A DNA stretch of 63,983 bases, filler included, from Porpidia crustulata (taxonomy: Eukaryota), in assembly GCA_964255105.1 (NCBI GenBank). It is 3 parts of 3 records of this genome, joined end to end, with 100 filler letters (N's around TTAATTAATTAA, not from the genome) between each part and the next. Parts side by side here need not be neighbours in the genome. Positions count along the whole stretch, not along the records: positions 46,667 to 63,983 come from CAXUWE010000222.1; 2 more parts are not named here. One strand, given 5' to 3'. The notes beneath the pieces are model-generated. The model did not search any database. It was not told the DNA's origin and saw only the letters and a list, made by a program, of their open reading frames with translations. The translations under genes and the position numbers were made by a program. Below are positions 51,754 through 63,983 of this stretch, piece after piece (the first letter of the stretch is position 1; each line of letters opens with the position of its first letter).

Positions 51754-53790
51754 ATGGAAGCGACAAAACCGCCTTCGCAGCAGCCTTCTGATGCGCTGGA
51801 TTTGGGACAGAAAGAAAACGAACATAACCGTTCCATTCTTCCATCCGATGAACATAAACTTGAACCGAAATTAGATCCAACCTCCACGCCAAAGCCACCC
51901 GCAAACCAAGACCAAGAGCCTGAATGGGTTTCTGGCTTCAAACATTTCACCGTCATGGCCGCTGTGACTTTGGTTTGCTTTCTCAAGCTCCTCGGTTCAT
52001 TCGTTGTAACGGCCGTTCCTCGCATCACCAACGACTTCTGACAGATAGATCAGTAGACTGACTGAACCGACATGCTTGTAGCGCAGTCCTTCAACCACTT
52101 ACCGGAAAGGTTTACGCGAAGTTCAAGGCCAAGGTTAATCAGTCATAAATTTCCCGTTTTATCGTTCTCCATCCAGTACATAATCATTAAGTCGTTGCAT
52201 GCAGTGGACCTTCCTGAGCTTTTTCGCCATCTTTGAACTCGGTTCCATAATATGCGCAGTCGCTACGTCCTCAAAGATGTTAATCGTAGAACGAGCAGTC
52301 GCAGGTATGGGTACTTCAGGTATTATGAATGGTAGATGGTTATCGTTGCAGAGTGCGCCCCTATAGAGAGGAGACCAAGTATAGATTGTTTTCCTCGCAT
52401 TTTTGGCATCTTCGCATAATTGACACTTTTCACAGGTCTCATAGGCTTTATTATGGGCAGTAAGTCCAACTTTTTCCGATGCCATTGACTGCACACTCAT
52501 CACTGATCCAGTTGCAACTGGCCTGGTCAGCGGTCCATTGTTAGGAGGACTACTAACAGAGTATGCAATTTGGAGATGGTGTATGTCACCCGATTTCCCT
52601 CCTTAATCTGCGCTCATTAATGGTCTTACTTATACCAGACTTCTACATCAACCTCCCCGTTGGTGGCCTCATTGCAATACTGCTAATACTCGTCCGTATC
52701 CCTGAACAATTTCCCAAGCCTCCTCCAATGTCAATTATTCGCTCCCTCTCATCCCCCCTCGATCTAATCGGCTTTGCCATCTTTGCTCCCGCGGCCATCC
52801 AGTTGCTCGCTCTACAATACGGCGGTAGCAAATTCGCATGAAACAGTGCTCAGATCATCGGACTCTTTTGCGGCGCTGGCGGCACATTCATCGCTTTTCT
52901 GCTTTGGGATGACTATAAAGGCGATGCGGCAATGATTCCTTTTTCTATGATCCGCAAGAAAATTGTTTGATCGAGCTGTCTGGTATATGGAATTTTCATG
53001 AGCCAGCTATATACCGCTTCCTACTGAGTGCCAATTTATTTCCAGGGGGTCAAGGGCGCGTCTCCAACAATGGGTGGCGTATATATTCTACCGGTGATCG
53101 TGGTCCACATTTTCGCTGCTCTAAGCTCTGGACTGATACGTAAGTAAATATAAATTCCGATAGCGTGCATTACTGATGTTCCTACAATCAATAGATGGGC
53201 TACTGTATATTAATAAGTCTCTTTGCTGCGGTCTTGATATCAGTTGAAAGTGGCCTCATATCTACATTCTCCCCTGAAACCTCAACAGGAAAATGGATCG
53301 TATATCAGATCATCCTAGAAGTTGATCGTGGCCTTGGATTGCAAACGATACGACTGATCTTCCTCATCACTCATCTCACTACCCATTCACTAAGCATTAT
53401 CCCCCTTCGCAGCCAATCATTGCCGTTCAACATACGCCCAACTCCCCATCGTCATGGCACTCGTCATGTTCAGCCAATCCTTTGACGTCGCATTATTTTT
53501 CAGTTTTGTCGAAATCATCTTCATCAACAGTTTCAAGACTCTCATCCCCAAATATGCATCTTCTGTTGATGCTCAAAGCGTCATCAACACCGGGGCTACT
53601 GAATTCCGGACGATTATTTCCAAGACAGACTTGACTGGTGTATTGATTGCATATGCGAAGAGTATCGATCGCGTTTTCTACTTGACAATGGGGATGGAGG
53701 TTGGTTATTTTGCTTTTGCGTGGGGAATGGGGTGGAAGGATCTGAGAATGAAAAAGGAGGTCACGAAAGCTCAACTTTCACTTTTTGAAG
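51754..53790 (+). pseudogene. MFS drug:H+ efflux transporter (14-TM, secondary-metabolite exporter type) pseudogene
   Basis: TAVPRITNDF, QPLTGKVY, FYINLPVGG, PIYFQGVKGASP, AYAKSIDRVFY. In-frame stops at Trp positions (TGA 52839, 52968, 53025) and a segment missing after ITNDF. Confidence 0.85.
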
Positions 53791-53849
53791 GACGAGTTTT
53801 AGATTGTCATCGAATTTACTCAGGACGATTCTCTCCCTTTGACCACCAC

Positions 53850-54610
53850 CATTCCACCACCGGAATTTCGGGGTGATGCCTCCTATCTGCTAGCTGGTGG
53901 CTTAAGCGGTTTAAGAAAGGCAGTAGCTAGCTAGATGGTCTCACACGGCGCCAAGAATCTGATGTTCCTTTCAAGGTCTGCAGGGAAATCAGAAGAGGAT
54001 CGAGATTTCTTTGAAGAGCCGAACAAGCTGGGTTGCTCAACTCAGTACTTCCCGTGCGATATTACAGATGAAGTCGCCGTCGATAAAGAAACTTCTCCGG
54101 GAGCCTTGCCCGTTACCGGTGCTATGCAAATGGTGATGGCTTTCACCGAGGTAGGCGTCCTGGATATGGATCTGGATCCGTGAAATAAGGCAATAGGTTC
54201 TAAGATTAAAGGAGCATGAAATCTTCACAATGTCCTTCGCAAAGACGTGGATTTCTTGGTTCTCCTTTCTTGGATAGGCGGAATGTATGGATACTATGAA
54301 CAGTTAAACTACGCCTCAGGAAATACTTTCCTTGATTCATTTGCCCAATACCGACAGAGCCTTGGCCTGGCCGCTTCAGTGCTTAGTGTCGGTCCAATCG
54401 ACGAGGTTAGATTTGTCAGTCGTACTCCGCCTACTAGAGAAACATTGCTTCAAAATTCGTCAGCTCTGCTGATAGCAAAACTTCGTGGACACTATGCAAC
54501 TGGCTATCGCCGTTCATTAGCGAACTACGAATCAAAGTGATTGGGATCACCATTCAACGGATATCAAGCTCCAAGTCACATCGTCCATGCACTCGAATCC
54601 TCCATTAGAT
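53850..54610 (+). pseudogene. Isolated, degenerate ketoreductase-domain fragment of an HR-PKS
   Basis: FRGDASYLLAGGLSGLRKAVAS*MVSHGAKNLMFLSRS..KIKGA*NLHN..DFLVLLS..QLNYASGNTFLDSFAQYRQSLGLAAS; stops at 53932, 54181 and 54217. Confidence 0.85.
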
Positions 54611-54959
54611 GCGTCTCCACATGGTAGTCGATTTTGTTTGATCAGTCCGCTTTGATTCTGGCATAGAATTCTGCAACCCCATCGAAGTATCCGAATACGT
54701 ACGCTCAGCCTAATTGTATCGCGTAGCTACTACTCAATTTGAGATTTCCAGTCATACAGTCTAAGACATGAAACGGATCTTTCTAGATGAAAACACCATA
54801 TTTGGTTAGATGACTGGGAAACGGCGGTTTGTCGTCCTGTTGTGAGGGCTGTCTAAGGCTCAGACCGAAGATTACTGATAAATCATCAAAGCATCGCATG
54901 CTACTTGACACTCGTCGTCAATGCTATCGCTCAGTGGCTGTACAAACCAGTCCCTATCT

Positions 54960-55310
54960 TGAGAAGCCTGAAATCACGATTATTCTGGCCACCATTTCGA
55001 CCAACATCGAAGAGCTTCGACAAACGATACAACGCATTTCAGCCTGTCATGTGTTCTTAACAGTACTCGTCACTACGACACATCGATATGCAGCTCTTCG
55101 GAAGTTTTCCAAATCAACAAGCGCAAGCAATCCTCAAGTCCTCAGCACTCCGATTGCCCATGAATAACTCCAGGTCTCCAGAGCTATCATTTTCGTCAAG
55201 ACCCGTATCACGATTATAGCTGATGATGATGTTATATGGCCGAGGACCATTCTTACTTGGCTTTTAGCACCATTTGAGAATGAGAAGATGGGCGGGGTAG
55301 GAACATGTTT
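54960..55310 (+). pseudogene. Fragment of a family 2 glycosyltransferase (Cps1-like polysaccharide synthase)
   Basis: ITIILATI..QVLSTPIAHE*LQVSRAI..ITIIADDDVIWPRTILTWLLAPFENEKMGGVGTC: DxD motif, internal stop at 55165, abrupt end. Confidence 0.7.
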
Positions 55311-56321
55311 TTAGATCATCAATCATTTTGATGTTGATTCATTATTCCGATCACCTGTAGTAAAGTGATGTTTGTCACTTAAATCAAGATGTGAATAACT
55401 TCTCATCATGTTTCAACATGATGAGTGAGCGGGTGCGTGGCATGCGTGGCTACCTCAGTGCCTTATTGATAAGCTAGCCACTTTGAGTGCTAGTCCTTAA
55501 GATACTTCGAGCAGCGTACAGTACAGACCGAGGGGACAAGTGTAGTCGAGTACAAGTACAACATAGCCGATATTTGCTACGCCTGATGCGCCCCCTGCAC
55601 TTCAGGCTTCAGGGAAGGCCTTACTCTAGGGCTGTTCACTATTGACTCAGGTCAAAGCAGCCCTCGAGCCTCCGCTCACCTCTGAGACTAAACGCGGAAG
55701 CGGAAGAAGTTTGTTGTGCCACTGTGCTAAACTCTTAGCTGATAAGCTTTGTGGTACTTCTATCCACATCAGGCCGCAGTCACAAATGCTTCTTTCCTTT
55801 CAGTAAGCCCTGATATTGGTCCAAAAACGCCATCAAATTATCAAGCGCATTGCGGAATCATGGAAAGGGCCCCTCTTCCCCTTGGCATCCAGATCTTCCA
55901 GGATTGGGGCCCAGAAGCAGACAACCGAACAAGCCTTCCTCATTTAGTGGTGCCGACACCGACATTAGCGGGTTCCCTGCTCTATCTTGCAATCGCTCGT
56001 GGTGGATGCCATTATCTTTATTGTGGTAGGATGTCCTGCTAGGTGCTAAATACTACTAATCTACCTCAGTGCAGCCTTTAATTCTTTACTCATTCATCCG
56101 ACTGTGATTCCGCCAAATTATCTCTTTTCCTTCTCGCGTCAGGCCCAGTGGTTTATTCGAAACGACCAGCATTCCATGATCGCGTGACCTGCATGCAAGA
56201 GCACTTCGATTATTACTGATCCATCCATTGCTGTACGTCTGCAGCTGTATCTATCGAAGCTCTCCCTATTACTATTTGCATCTCCTTTGCTGTTTGTATA
56301 CTCGCACGTCCCTCCCTAACG

Positions 56322-57401
56322 ATGCACGCCTCCTTACAAAATGGTACCGTGTCGCCAGTCTCCAGCGGACAGATTTCACCGACCGTCAATGAATTCCCTC
56401 GACAAGCAGGACAAACTCTGAAGGTGTCGAAACGTGACAACGGTCTCATCTCACCCGCCAAGTCGACATTCTCGTTCAACGATGATGAGCCTGAAGCTCA
56501 ACCGATCTCAAACATGCCGGATCTGATCGATGAAAAACAGATAGCACGACACGTATCCCGTGGCGCTCCTGGAGACGCTGCTCTGATGTCGATGGTCCAG
56601 CGAGATCAAGAGGGTACAGATTTGGCAAGGAGAAAAAGTCAATTTTACACGGAAGTGTTCGCTTACAGGGAACCAAATCTCTCGATCAGAGAGAAGACCT
56701 ATAGAAACTCGGTTATCACTGCTGAAGTAAAGACCAACGTTATCGTAAGAATGCTCTAGAGCAATTGGTAACTTTTAGCGGACGTGCTAACAAGGCGTGA
56801 GTAGGTCAAGGATGAATTCGTGTTCCTCGAAGATTTCTCCCAACATCTATCCCAACGATACCAAAGACCCACCACCTCGATTTTCATAACCCTCGACCAT
56901 TCAGCTTGCCTACTGCTAGCTGGCACATTCGACTCAGCTTACATTCTCACCATAACCGCCCTTCCCTCACAAATTCAACCTGTCACAAATAAGCGAAACA
57001 CAGCACTGGTTCAAGCCTTTATGAACGACTCCCTTGGCGTCTCAAATGATAGAGGTGTGGTAAGATTTGTGGGCATCGGGGAGGAATATCTTGGCACAAA
57101 TGGCATGACAGTACTCGGCGAAATTGAGAGCTTAAGCAGAGGCGAGGACAACGGTGGTGAAACGACACGATCAAATACAATTAGGAGAGGCCGAAGCCGA
57201 AAGGTACCTAAGCCCAAGGAACTTGTGCCACAAGAAAAGAGCCGACGTCCGTCACCGACCGCAGCGAAAGCACCAAGTCCTCCACTCAAGAGCCCACCTA
57301 TGCCGGCGGTGCCTACCGAGAAGAGTGCGCTAGATAAAAAGGCAGAAAAGGTACAGAAGATGGGACGAAGACGGAGTTTTCTGTCTATGTTTGGAAAATA
57401 G
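56322..57401 (+). CDS. Fungal MIF/tautomerase-domain protein, 2 exons
   Basis: SVITAEVKTNVI / intron ~56745-56804 / VKDEFVFLEDFSQHLSQRYQRP..HSACLLLAGTFDSAYILTITALPSQIQPVTNKRN..RGVVRF. Confidence 0.8.
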
Positions 57402-58104
57402 GGAGATTGGATGGGCTGCGGGTACTTGTTGGGCTACTTAGCAATCTGGGCTGCTGTGGTCTTAATAAGGAAGCACTCGATAGCTTCACGATCCAGCACC
57501 CACTGCGTGAAAGAGGAGCCCATGGGAACTTTGGGCCTCTGCTGTGGATTTGACCTATCTATCATTGGGAAGGCGTAGTGCAAGCATTTGCAGAGGAAGC
57601 ATTCAAGCGAGTTGTTGGGGATGACCATTGGGTTGGCCATTGGGATATCTGGCTGTCTTTTGGACTCTCCTGAGCCCAATTTCTTTCATTTCTGGTTAGC
57701 GGAGGTGTTTGGTATGGAGATCTGACCATATTATACCTTATTTTGGTTTACAATCAGGAAATTTCTTCCAGGCGCACCCTCTATCTACTCAGTTGATGAA
57801 ACGCCTCTCGTTATCAACCAGGACCGTGAACTGTCGGTTACTTTTTGATATTGAATGGGGTAATAACCCAGCAGATTGTCTTCGCTAAGCCCTATATAGG
57901 CAGCTCATGAACAGATACAACCACGCGGTGATTCACCTTCCCGCACATCGAAAGAATGCTTGCTTCGATTGTTCTATCGCTAGTGAATAGAAAGGCGGTC
58001 ATACCATCAGGCTGTAATGTCCTCTCTGCAAAGTCTCTCATTCTACCATCATTTGCGATTTCCTATGTCGACCGGCTCCGGTTCTAAATTACGTTACGCA
58101 AAGG

Positions 58105-59588
58105 ATGAGTGGTAATTCCAACGGTTGTCTCATCGAAGACTACCGCACCCGTCTCGACGGATTCAGAAAGTATGACGCTGATAGAACTATCTTCGTTGAG
58201 GTGCACCTTCTGCAAACCTTCTAATCAAGCAAGTTAAAACAGCTACTTACGATGGCGCAAATTTAGGAGCTTGTGGATCACCTGGAGAAATTAGAAGATG
58301 AAAAGCGGAAGGTCACGTATGATTTGGATAGCGAGAAGAATGAGCGTCGCCGGTTGCAGCAGCTTGTGGATCAGCTCCGCGACGACCTAAGTTGTGTTAC
58401 AGTGAGTGGTCACTTGAATGCGAGGTCAACCTGAACGTGAAATTTACGGGTGGGGTATATTTGCAGACTCGTCGGCCGTTCGTACTGGTGTTGATAGATG
58501 CTGATGGAGACGGTTATACGGTATGAATCTTTCTCGTCTACCAAGTAGGGAGAAACCTAGGTCTGTAATGCTGATCAGACAGTTTCAAGAGCGGCTTTTA
58601 AGTAAAGGTGAAGAGGGGGGTAAAGGATGCCGCAGACAAACTTCTAGCAAGAGTCAGGCTTTACTTGAGGAGTTCCAAGATCTGTTCGGAAGATGTGGAT
58701 CTTATGGTCCGGGCTTATGCCAATCTCAGAGGGCTGGGACAAGCTTGTGTTCAGTCTGGGAAGACGAAACATGCCGCCGACCTGGGCTTGTTTGCCGTGG
58801 GTTTTACCAAACGTCAAGCACTGTTTGACTTTATAGATGTTGGTGCTGGAAAGGAGAGGGCTGACAACAAAATTCGCGGTATGTATGCGCCGAACGATGC
58901 ATTCTTACCGTTGAGAACTAATTATTCCATAGAAGTTTTGAGCTTCCACATGGGTAATGGGCAATGCCAGCATGTCATTCTGGGTTGTTCTCATGATGGT
59001 GGGTATGCTCCTTCTCTGGAGAGATTTGCTGCAGATGATTCTACCCGGGAGAGAATTACATTACTCAAGGGTGGTCCAATTCACCCGCAAATCGCGTCCT
59101 TGGGATTCACAAGAACTTTGAAGTTGAAAACAGTGTTTGGAATGGAAGATACCAAGAAAGTCGGGGGTTTTCCCAACCCAGGTGTATCGCCAGCCTCATA
59201 TGTTCCTCGCCCCGTTGTACCTTCCCTTACGTCCGCCAGCTTTCCAGCAAACGCTTCGACATCAGGCCCAAAGCATTTGAACCCTGCTGCTCATGCTGAT
59301 CGGCTCGGGCCAGTACTGCGCCACGCTTCTGGCAAGCGGATTGACAAGCAGTTGGCAGTCGACCCAACTACTCCATATCTTCAAGTATTGAAGAAGGCCA
59401 ATTTATGTTCGTGGTATTATCTTCGTGGTGAATGCACCGGCTGCAGCAAGAACCATTTTGTTGGTCCTTTGACTCCCCGTGAGTTTGACTGCCTTTGGTA
59501 TCTTACTCGTGCCGGGCTGTGTTTTCAAGTGCGTAAGGGTAAGGACTGTGACGATCCAAAATGCATCTACGGACACCGTGAAGGATAG
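58105..59588 (+). CDS. C-terminal tandem CCCH zinc-finger protein with N-terminal coiled coil and NYN/PIN-like domain, multi-exon
   Basis: FVLVLIDADGDGY, VRAYANLRGL, FDFIDVGAGKERADNKI, HVILGCSHDGGYA; CSWYYLRGECTGCSKNH and CFQVRKGKDCDDPKCIYGH. Confidence 0.82.
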
Positions 59589-61183
59589 ACACTTCATACC
59601 GGAACCTGGGGTTTCTGGATGGATGGATAGTCTATCCTTTGGTGGTTGGTCCGTGTTCGCCTTGATGGAGTCTTGCAACTCTGCGAACAGCTTTCGATTG
59701 CCGGTCACGCAACAGATTTTGGCTTGTGGAGCTTTGAATCATTCCAACATGCGGGTAGAAGACATATCGAGTCTTCTCGATGGTCAGTCTTTGCATGGAC
59801 CGGCAAGAGAAATTTGGACAGCAATGGATCTTAGAGAGCTCTGCCACCTTGCGTCAAAATGTATCCAGTGGCTTTGGAAGTTTTCCCTGAGCGTCCCTCT
59901 GTTTGCCTGTTATGATTTGCCTGCAAGCGAAAATGTTTATTTCCAAAGTTCAAGGAATTGGCTGGTGTTCCAAGTCGAGTCATAGCTGTCGCTCTATGGT
60001 TTGGAGGACTTCGGGTCTTTGTTGAGCTAGCTCCAACACAAACTTCACTTCTTGCTCACATACAGGTAAATTTACGGTCGTTTCACAAGGCACGTGCACA
60101 TGTCCATGCGTGAGACAGAAGGGTCTTGTAGGGACTCGATGCTAGCACAACGGTGGCCCTCCATCTTGGTAGAGCCTTCCAATCAGTGTCGCTAATAACT
60201 AGACTATACGATCGTTGCTACATCATGCATATGTCTTGATCATATCCTGCCATGCTTCAAATTTACAGCGAAATCTATACAACATACAGAGAAAGCACGG
60301 CAGGCAGCCAACACGGCGAGTATTATCCAAGAATAGCCAGCTTCTGCCTGCAGAGACCTTAAGGTCCCTGCTGCATGCCACCGTGATGAAGACCTCCATT
60401 GTACTGCCTCTATTGTTTACTGCGGACAGCCATCAAATTGTTCTCGTGGCTACACGAGAAAAGGGAATTGTCGACTACGGTGATTAGCTTGCCGGTACGG
60501 AGGGAAGACGGAAATAGCATCAAATTTCAGTAGGACTCGCTAACCGCCCATGAAGCCAGGGATCCCGCTTGGTCTGTGCGCTCCCGCACCGCGCACTCTT
60601 TCCCCTGTCCCTAGATCCGGACATCATCAACCAGTCAGATCACAGTCTCTTGCACCTCAGGCTTTCTAGGCGCCGGATGACTACCAACGCCCTTGTTGCA
60701 TACTGGATGGCGCATTGTTTGCTTGATACGAGCGAATCAATTGATTTGACGGTTGCTGAAGATCAATAGCTCAACTGCCCGCCAGGTACCGATGGCAGTT
60801 TCACCAATCACTCGAGTTACGCGCGCATTCTTTAAGGTGAGACAAACTGCCAGCCGTCGCTGGTCGATCTGACTGGATACCGGCCGTGATGCTGCTGGCC
60901 TTGAATGGGCGTCTCGCTGCCAGTGAATGTTCGAGCGTACTTTACAGCTGGTATGTGCATAAGGTGGGCGACGACGGTCAACGGTTGGACGATGAATGTA
61001 TAGCATCTGACTCTATTTGGAGCAGCATCAAGGGATCGATATTGATTTAATCTATATGACCTTGTCCAGATTCCACTAACACACACTGTCGTTTCCTACC
61101 AAGACTTGTTTTTGCATCTCTTCACATTTGGCGTCGTTCCTATCTCTAAGTTTGCACGGCTAGACCGCAACTCCACGGCGACA

Positions 61184-61986
61184 ATGTCTTTTCAATTAAT
61201 CACTCCCAACTCTGCAGCGCAGAGAGATAGCAAGCACCCCGTGTCATTCTCTTCCTCCCGCCGAAATACAAGTCTGGAGCCACCAGCGTACACGACAGAT
61301 GATATCCTTGCGGACAAATATCGGAGGTTCTCAAAGTACTGGCAGTGGATACGGGTCGGCGTTACGGCCATCACCCTGGGCGTTTCTGTTGCTGTCACCG
61401 CCTGCGCCGCAAGTTCTCTGAGGGCATACTCGGACACCCATCTTCCATCGGAGTGGTTGCTACCTCTATGGCCCATGAGCGTCGATTTGCGTCCGACTCA
61501 TGCTGTCCTAGCTTGCGGCATCGTAGTTGCCATTGCAGATCTACTCTACTTAGCGCCAGCTTTGTTCCCTTCCGTACGTTATATTCAGTTCCCAATCAAA
61601 GGCCCACACTAACGCGGTTCAATTCATAGCGCTCTTCCAAACTCCGACTCCTCAACATCATCTCCACCGCATTCTCCTTCGTATGCCTCAGCGTGACCGT
61701 CTTCACGGTCGCCTTTGCCAGCATCATTACATCTCACCTCGCAGATAGTAGCAACGCTGGTACCCTTACCTCCTGGACCTGCAAATGGCAGGGCTTTGAT
61801 TCCGTCGCTCCGGCCGGCTTCCCAAAGATCTGCACGGAGAGCATGGTAGCGCTGGACTTAGTGATCTTACTTTTGATCCTCGAGGTCTTTGCTGTTGTAG
61901 TCTCCGGCTGGGGATGGTGGGTGGAGTCCAAAATCAAAAGAGGTATGGACAACGTGGAGGGGAAATTACAGAGCGGGTCTCCTTGA
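61184..61986 (+). CDS. Uncharacterised four-TM (MARVEL-like) membrane protein, 2 exons
   Basis: Four hydrophobic segments; LPLWPMSVDLRPT, TLTSWTCKW, FPKICTES; intron ~61575-61630. Confidence 0.75.
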
Positions 61987-62493
61987 GAGACGGCGCACAT
62001 GGCATCAAACGATGGAAATCTTATTGTGAAGAGGGATGACAGGATTTAGCCAGCCATGTTGGTCGTGTGTATCATATTTCAATGTTGATCAGAGGCAGTT
62101 GGGAAGGTGTTGCGCATGCGCCTGGCGCACAGGAATATGATCGTATCTACAAGGCGTTTGCGAAGTGGAAGGGTCGATATGATTCCGACGTAGGATTTAC
62201 TTATTTAGATTCAATGTGATATGATCAATAAGACTTGAGCTTGCCCACTTTTCTCACGTGATGATCGACGAGTCCAGCTTCCCCGCAACGGTCAATCACA
62301 TCGACGATACGACTGAAAGGCAGTTCTCCCCGACCCTTCAAGATGCGGGGTGCCGTCATTCAGTCTTGGAGAATGACTTTGGCCCGGCATGTCTGCTGCA
62401 TCTGCTGCATGCTATCCCCATCTGCATCGTTCTTGTCTTTCGACGCTTCATCCTGTTCGATTGAAGAGACACGCTTACCCATAGTTCTTCAAT

Positions 62494-63983
62494 ATGGCTC
62501 TCCCAGGGCACTTGGCTGACCATGTACCTAACACGATCGAGTACAATGCTGATGATAAGTTCACCACAGAGCACGTGTCAAACACTACCTCACTTGAGAA
62601 TGTTCAGACCGTACGTCGACACAGAGAGGCACCTCCGCTTATCAGAGACCTATCGACAGAAGAACGTCATCGGCTGGAAGCGAAGCTCGTCCGAAAGATG
62701 GACATCAGGCTCTTGCCCATGCTTGTCGTTATGTATATCATGAACTACCTGGATCGCAACAACATTGCGGCAGCTCGTTTGGCTGGCTTGCAGAAAGACC
62801 TTCACCTCACGGGTACCCAGTATCTGACATGTCTGAGTATTCTGTTTGTTGGGTACTTGCTTATGCAAGTCCCATCGAATTTGTTCCTGAATAAAATTGG
62901 GAAACCTGCGCTGTACCTCCCAACCGTAATGATTGTCTGGGGCGTCATCTCTGCCGCAACGGCGGGAGCTCAGAGCTATGGCGGTCTCATTGCAATTCGC
63001 TTCTTCCTCGGCTTCGTCGAAGCTGCTTACTTTCCCGGCTGCTTGTTCTTCCTTTCTTCTTGGTACACGAGAAAAGAGCTAGGATTTAGGACGGCGGTAC
63101 TGTACTCGGGCTCACTTCTATCGGGAGCCTTTTCCGGCTTGATCTCCGCCGGGATCACCAAGAACCTGGATGGAGCAAAAGGTCTTCGAGCTTGGCGGTG
63201 GCTATTCATCATCGAGGGGGTAATTACCATTGCCATTGCCTTTGTAGCATATTTCTGGCTGCCAAACTTCCCTCGCACGACGTCTTGGCTCACGGAAAAT
63301 GAACGTCAATTGGCGATCTGGCGATTAGATGAAGATATTGGCGAAGACGACTGGATTGGAAGCGAGGCCCAATCGTTCGCTCACGGAGCAAAATTGGCCT
63401 TTACCGATGTAAAGATGTACATCTTGGTAAGCCATCGATCATATTCACCGTAGCATTAACTAAGCCTTGTAGATGGTCCTCCTCTTCTGCTTTGTTGCGT
63501 CCGGAACAGTAACAAACCTGTTTCCCACGGTAGTCAAAACTCTCGGGTTCTCCAACGTAACTTCTCTACTCTTGACCGTTCCACCGTATGCCTTGGCTGT
63601 CATCACAACCTTCCTCAATGCTTGGCATGCCGACAGAACCGGGGAGCGATATTTCCACATCACCCTTCCTCTGTACTTTGCAGTCATTGCATACATCATC
63701 GCTGCATCTACCATCAAAACTGGCCCTCGGTATCTTTCAATGATGCTCATGGTTCCTGGCGTTTACACCGGCTATGTGGTGGCTTTGGCGTGGATCTCGA
63801 ATACACTTCCTCGACCCCCTGCAAAGGTAAGTCAACATATATACAACCATACCCAGGGGCTTTCTGACGACCCATGTAACCAGCGTGCGGCCGCATTGGC
63901 AGCAATCAACGCCGTCTCCAATACCTCCTCGATCTACGCTTCGTACATGTATCCCGATTCCGCATCCCCACGATTTAGTAAGC
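62494..63983 (+). CDS. MFS anion:cation symporter (allantoate/nicotinate permease Dal5/Tna1 family), runs off the window end
   Basis: KMDIRLLP, NYLDRNNIAAARLAG, RFFLGFVEAAYFPG, SSWYTRKELGFR, WRWLFIIEG. Confidence 0.93.

Noticed and set aside
51754..53790. MFS pseudogene as the missing exporter of the PKS cluster
   Set aside because: It is two linkers away, inactivated, and attached to a different PKS fragment.

Overview
Intron-containing genomic DNA of a filamentous ascomycete (Pezizomycotina; a lichen-forming lineage is possible but not provable from this window). Two identical 100-bp N44-TTAATTAATTAA-N44 linkers (23247-23346, 46567-46666) divide it into three pieces whose adjacency is not established. 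Piece 1 holds a laccase, an NmrA/isoflavone-reductase-like oxidoreductase, a MITE-like element and an intact divergent HR-PKS + NR-PKS pair. The NR-PKS product-template domain carries the residue set of curvularin-type dihydroxyphenylacetic acid lactone (DAL) synthases, and an orphan gene sits between the two PKSs. Piece 2 holds a spliced secreted protein largely missed by the ORF track with an aerolysin-like hairpin split by a Kex2-flanked acidic insert, an unspecific peroxygenase, alpha-1,3-glucan synthase, an MFS transporter, Orc4 and a small secreted protein. Piece 3 holds Mis12/Mtw1, a GPI-type cupredoxin protein, CENP-X/Mhf2, a small Gly-rich repeat protein, a G>A-mutated patchwork of pseudogene fragments (MFS, PKS KR domain, GT2), a MIF-domain protein, a CCCH protein, a membrane protein and an MFS anion:cation symporter.
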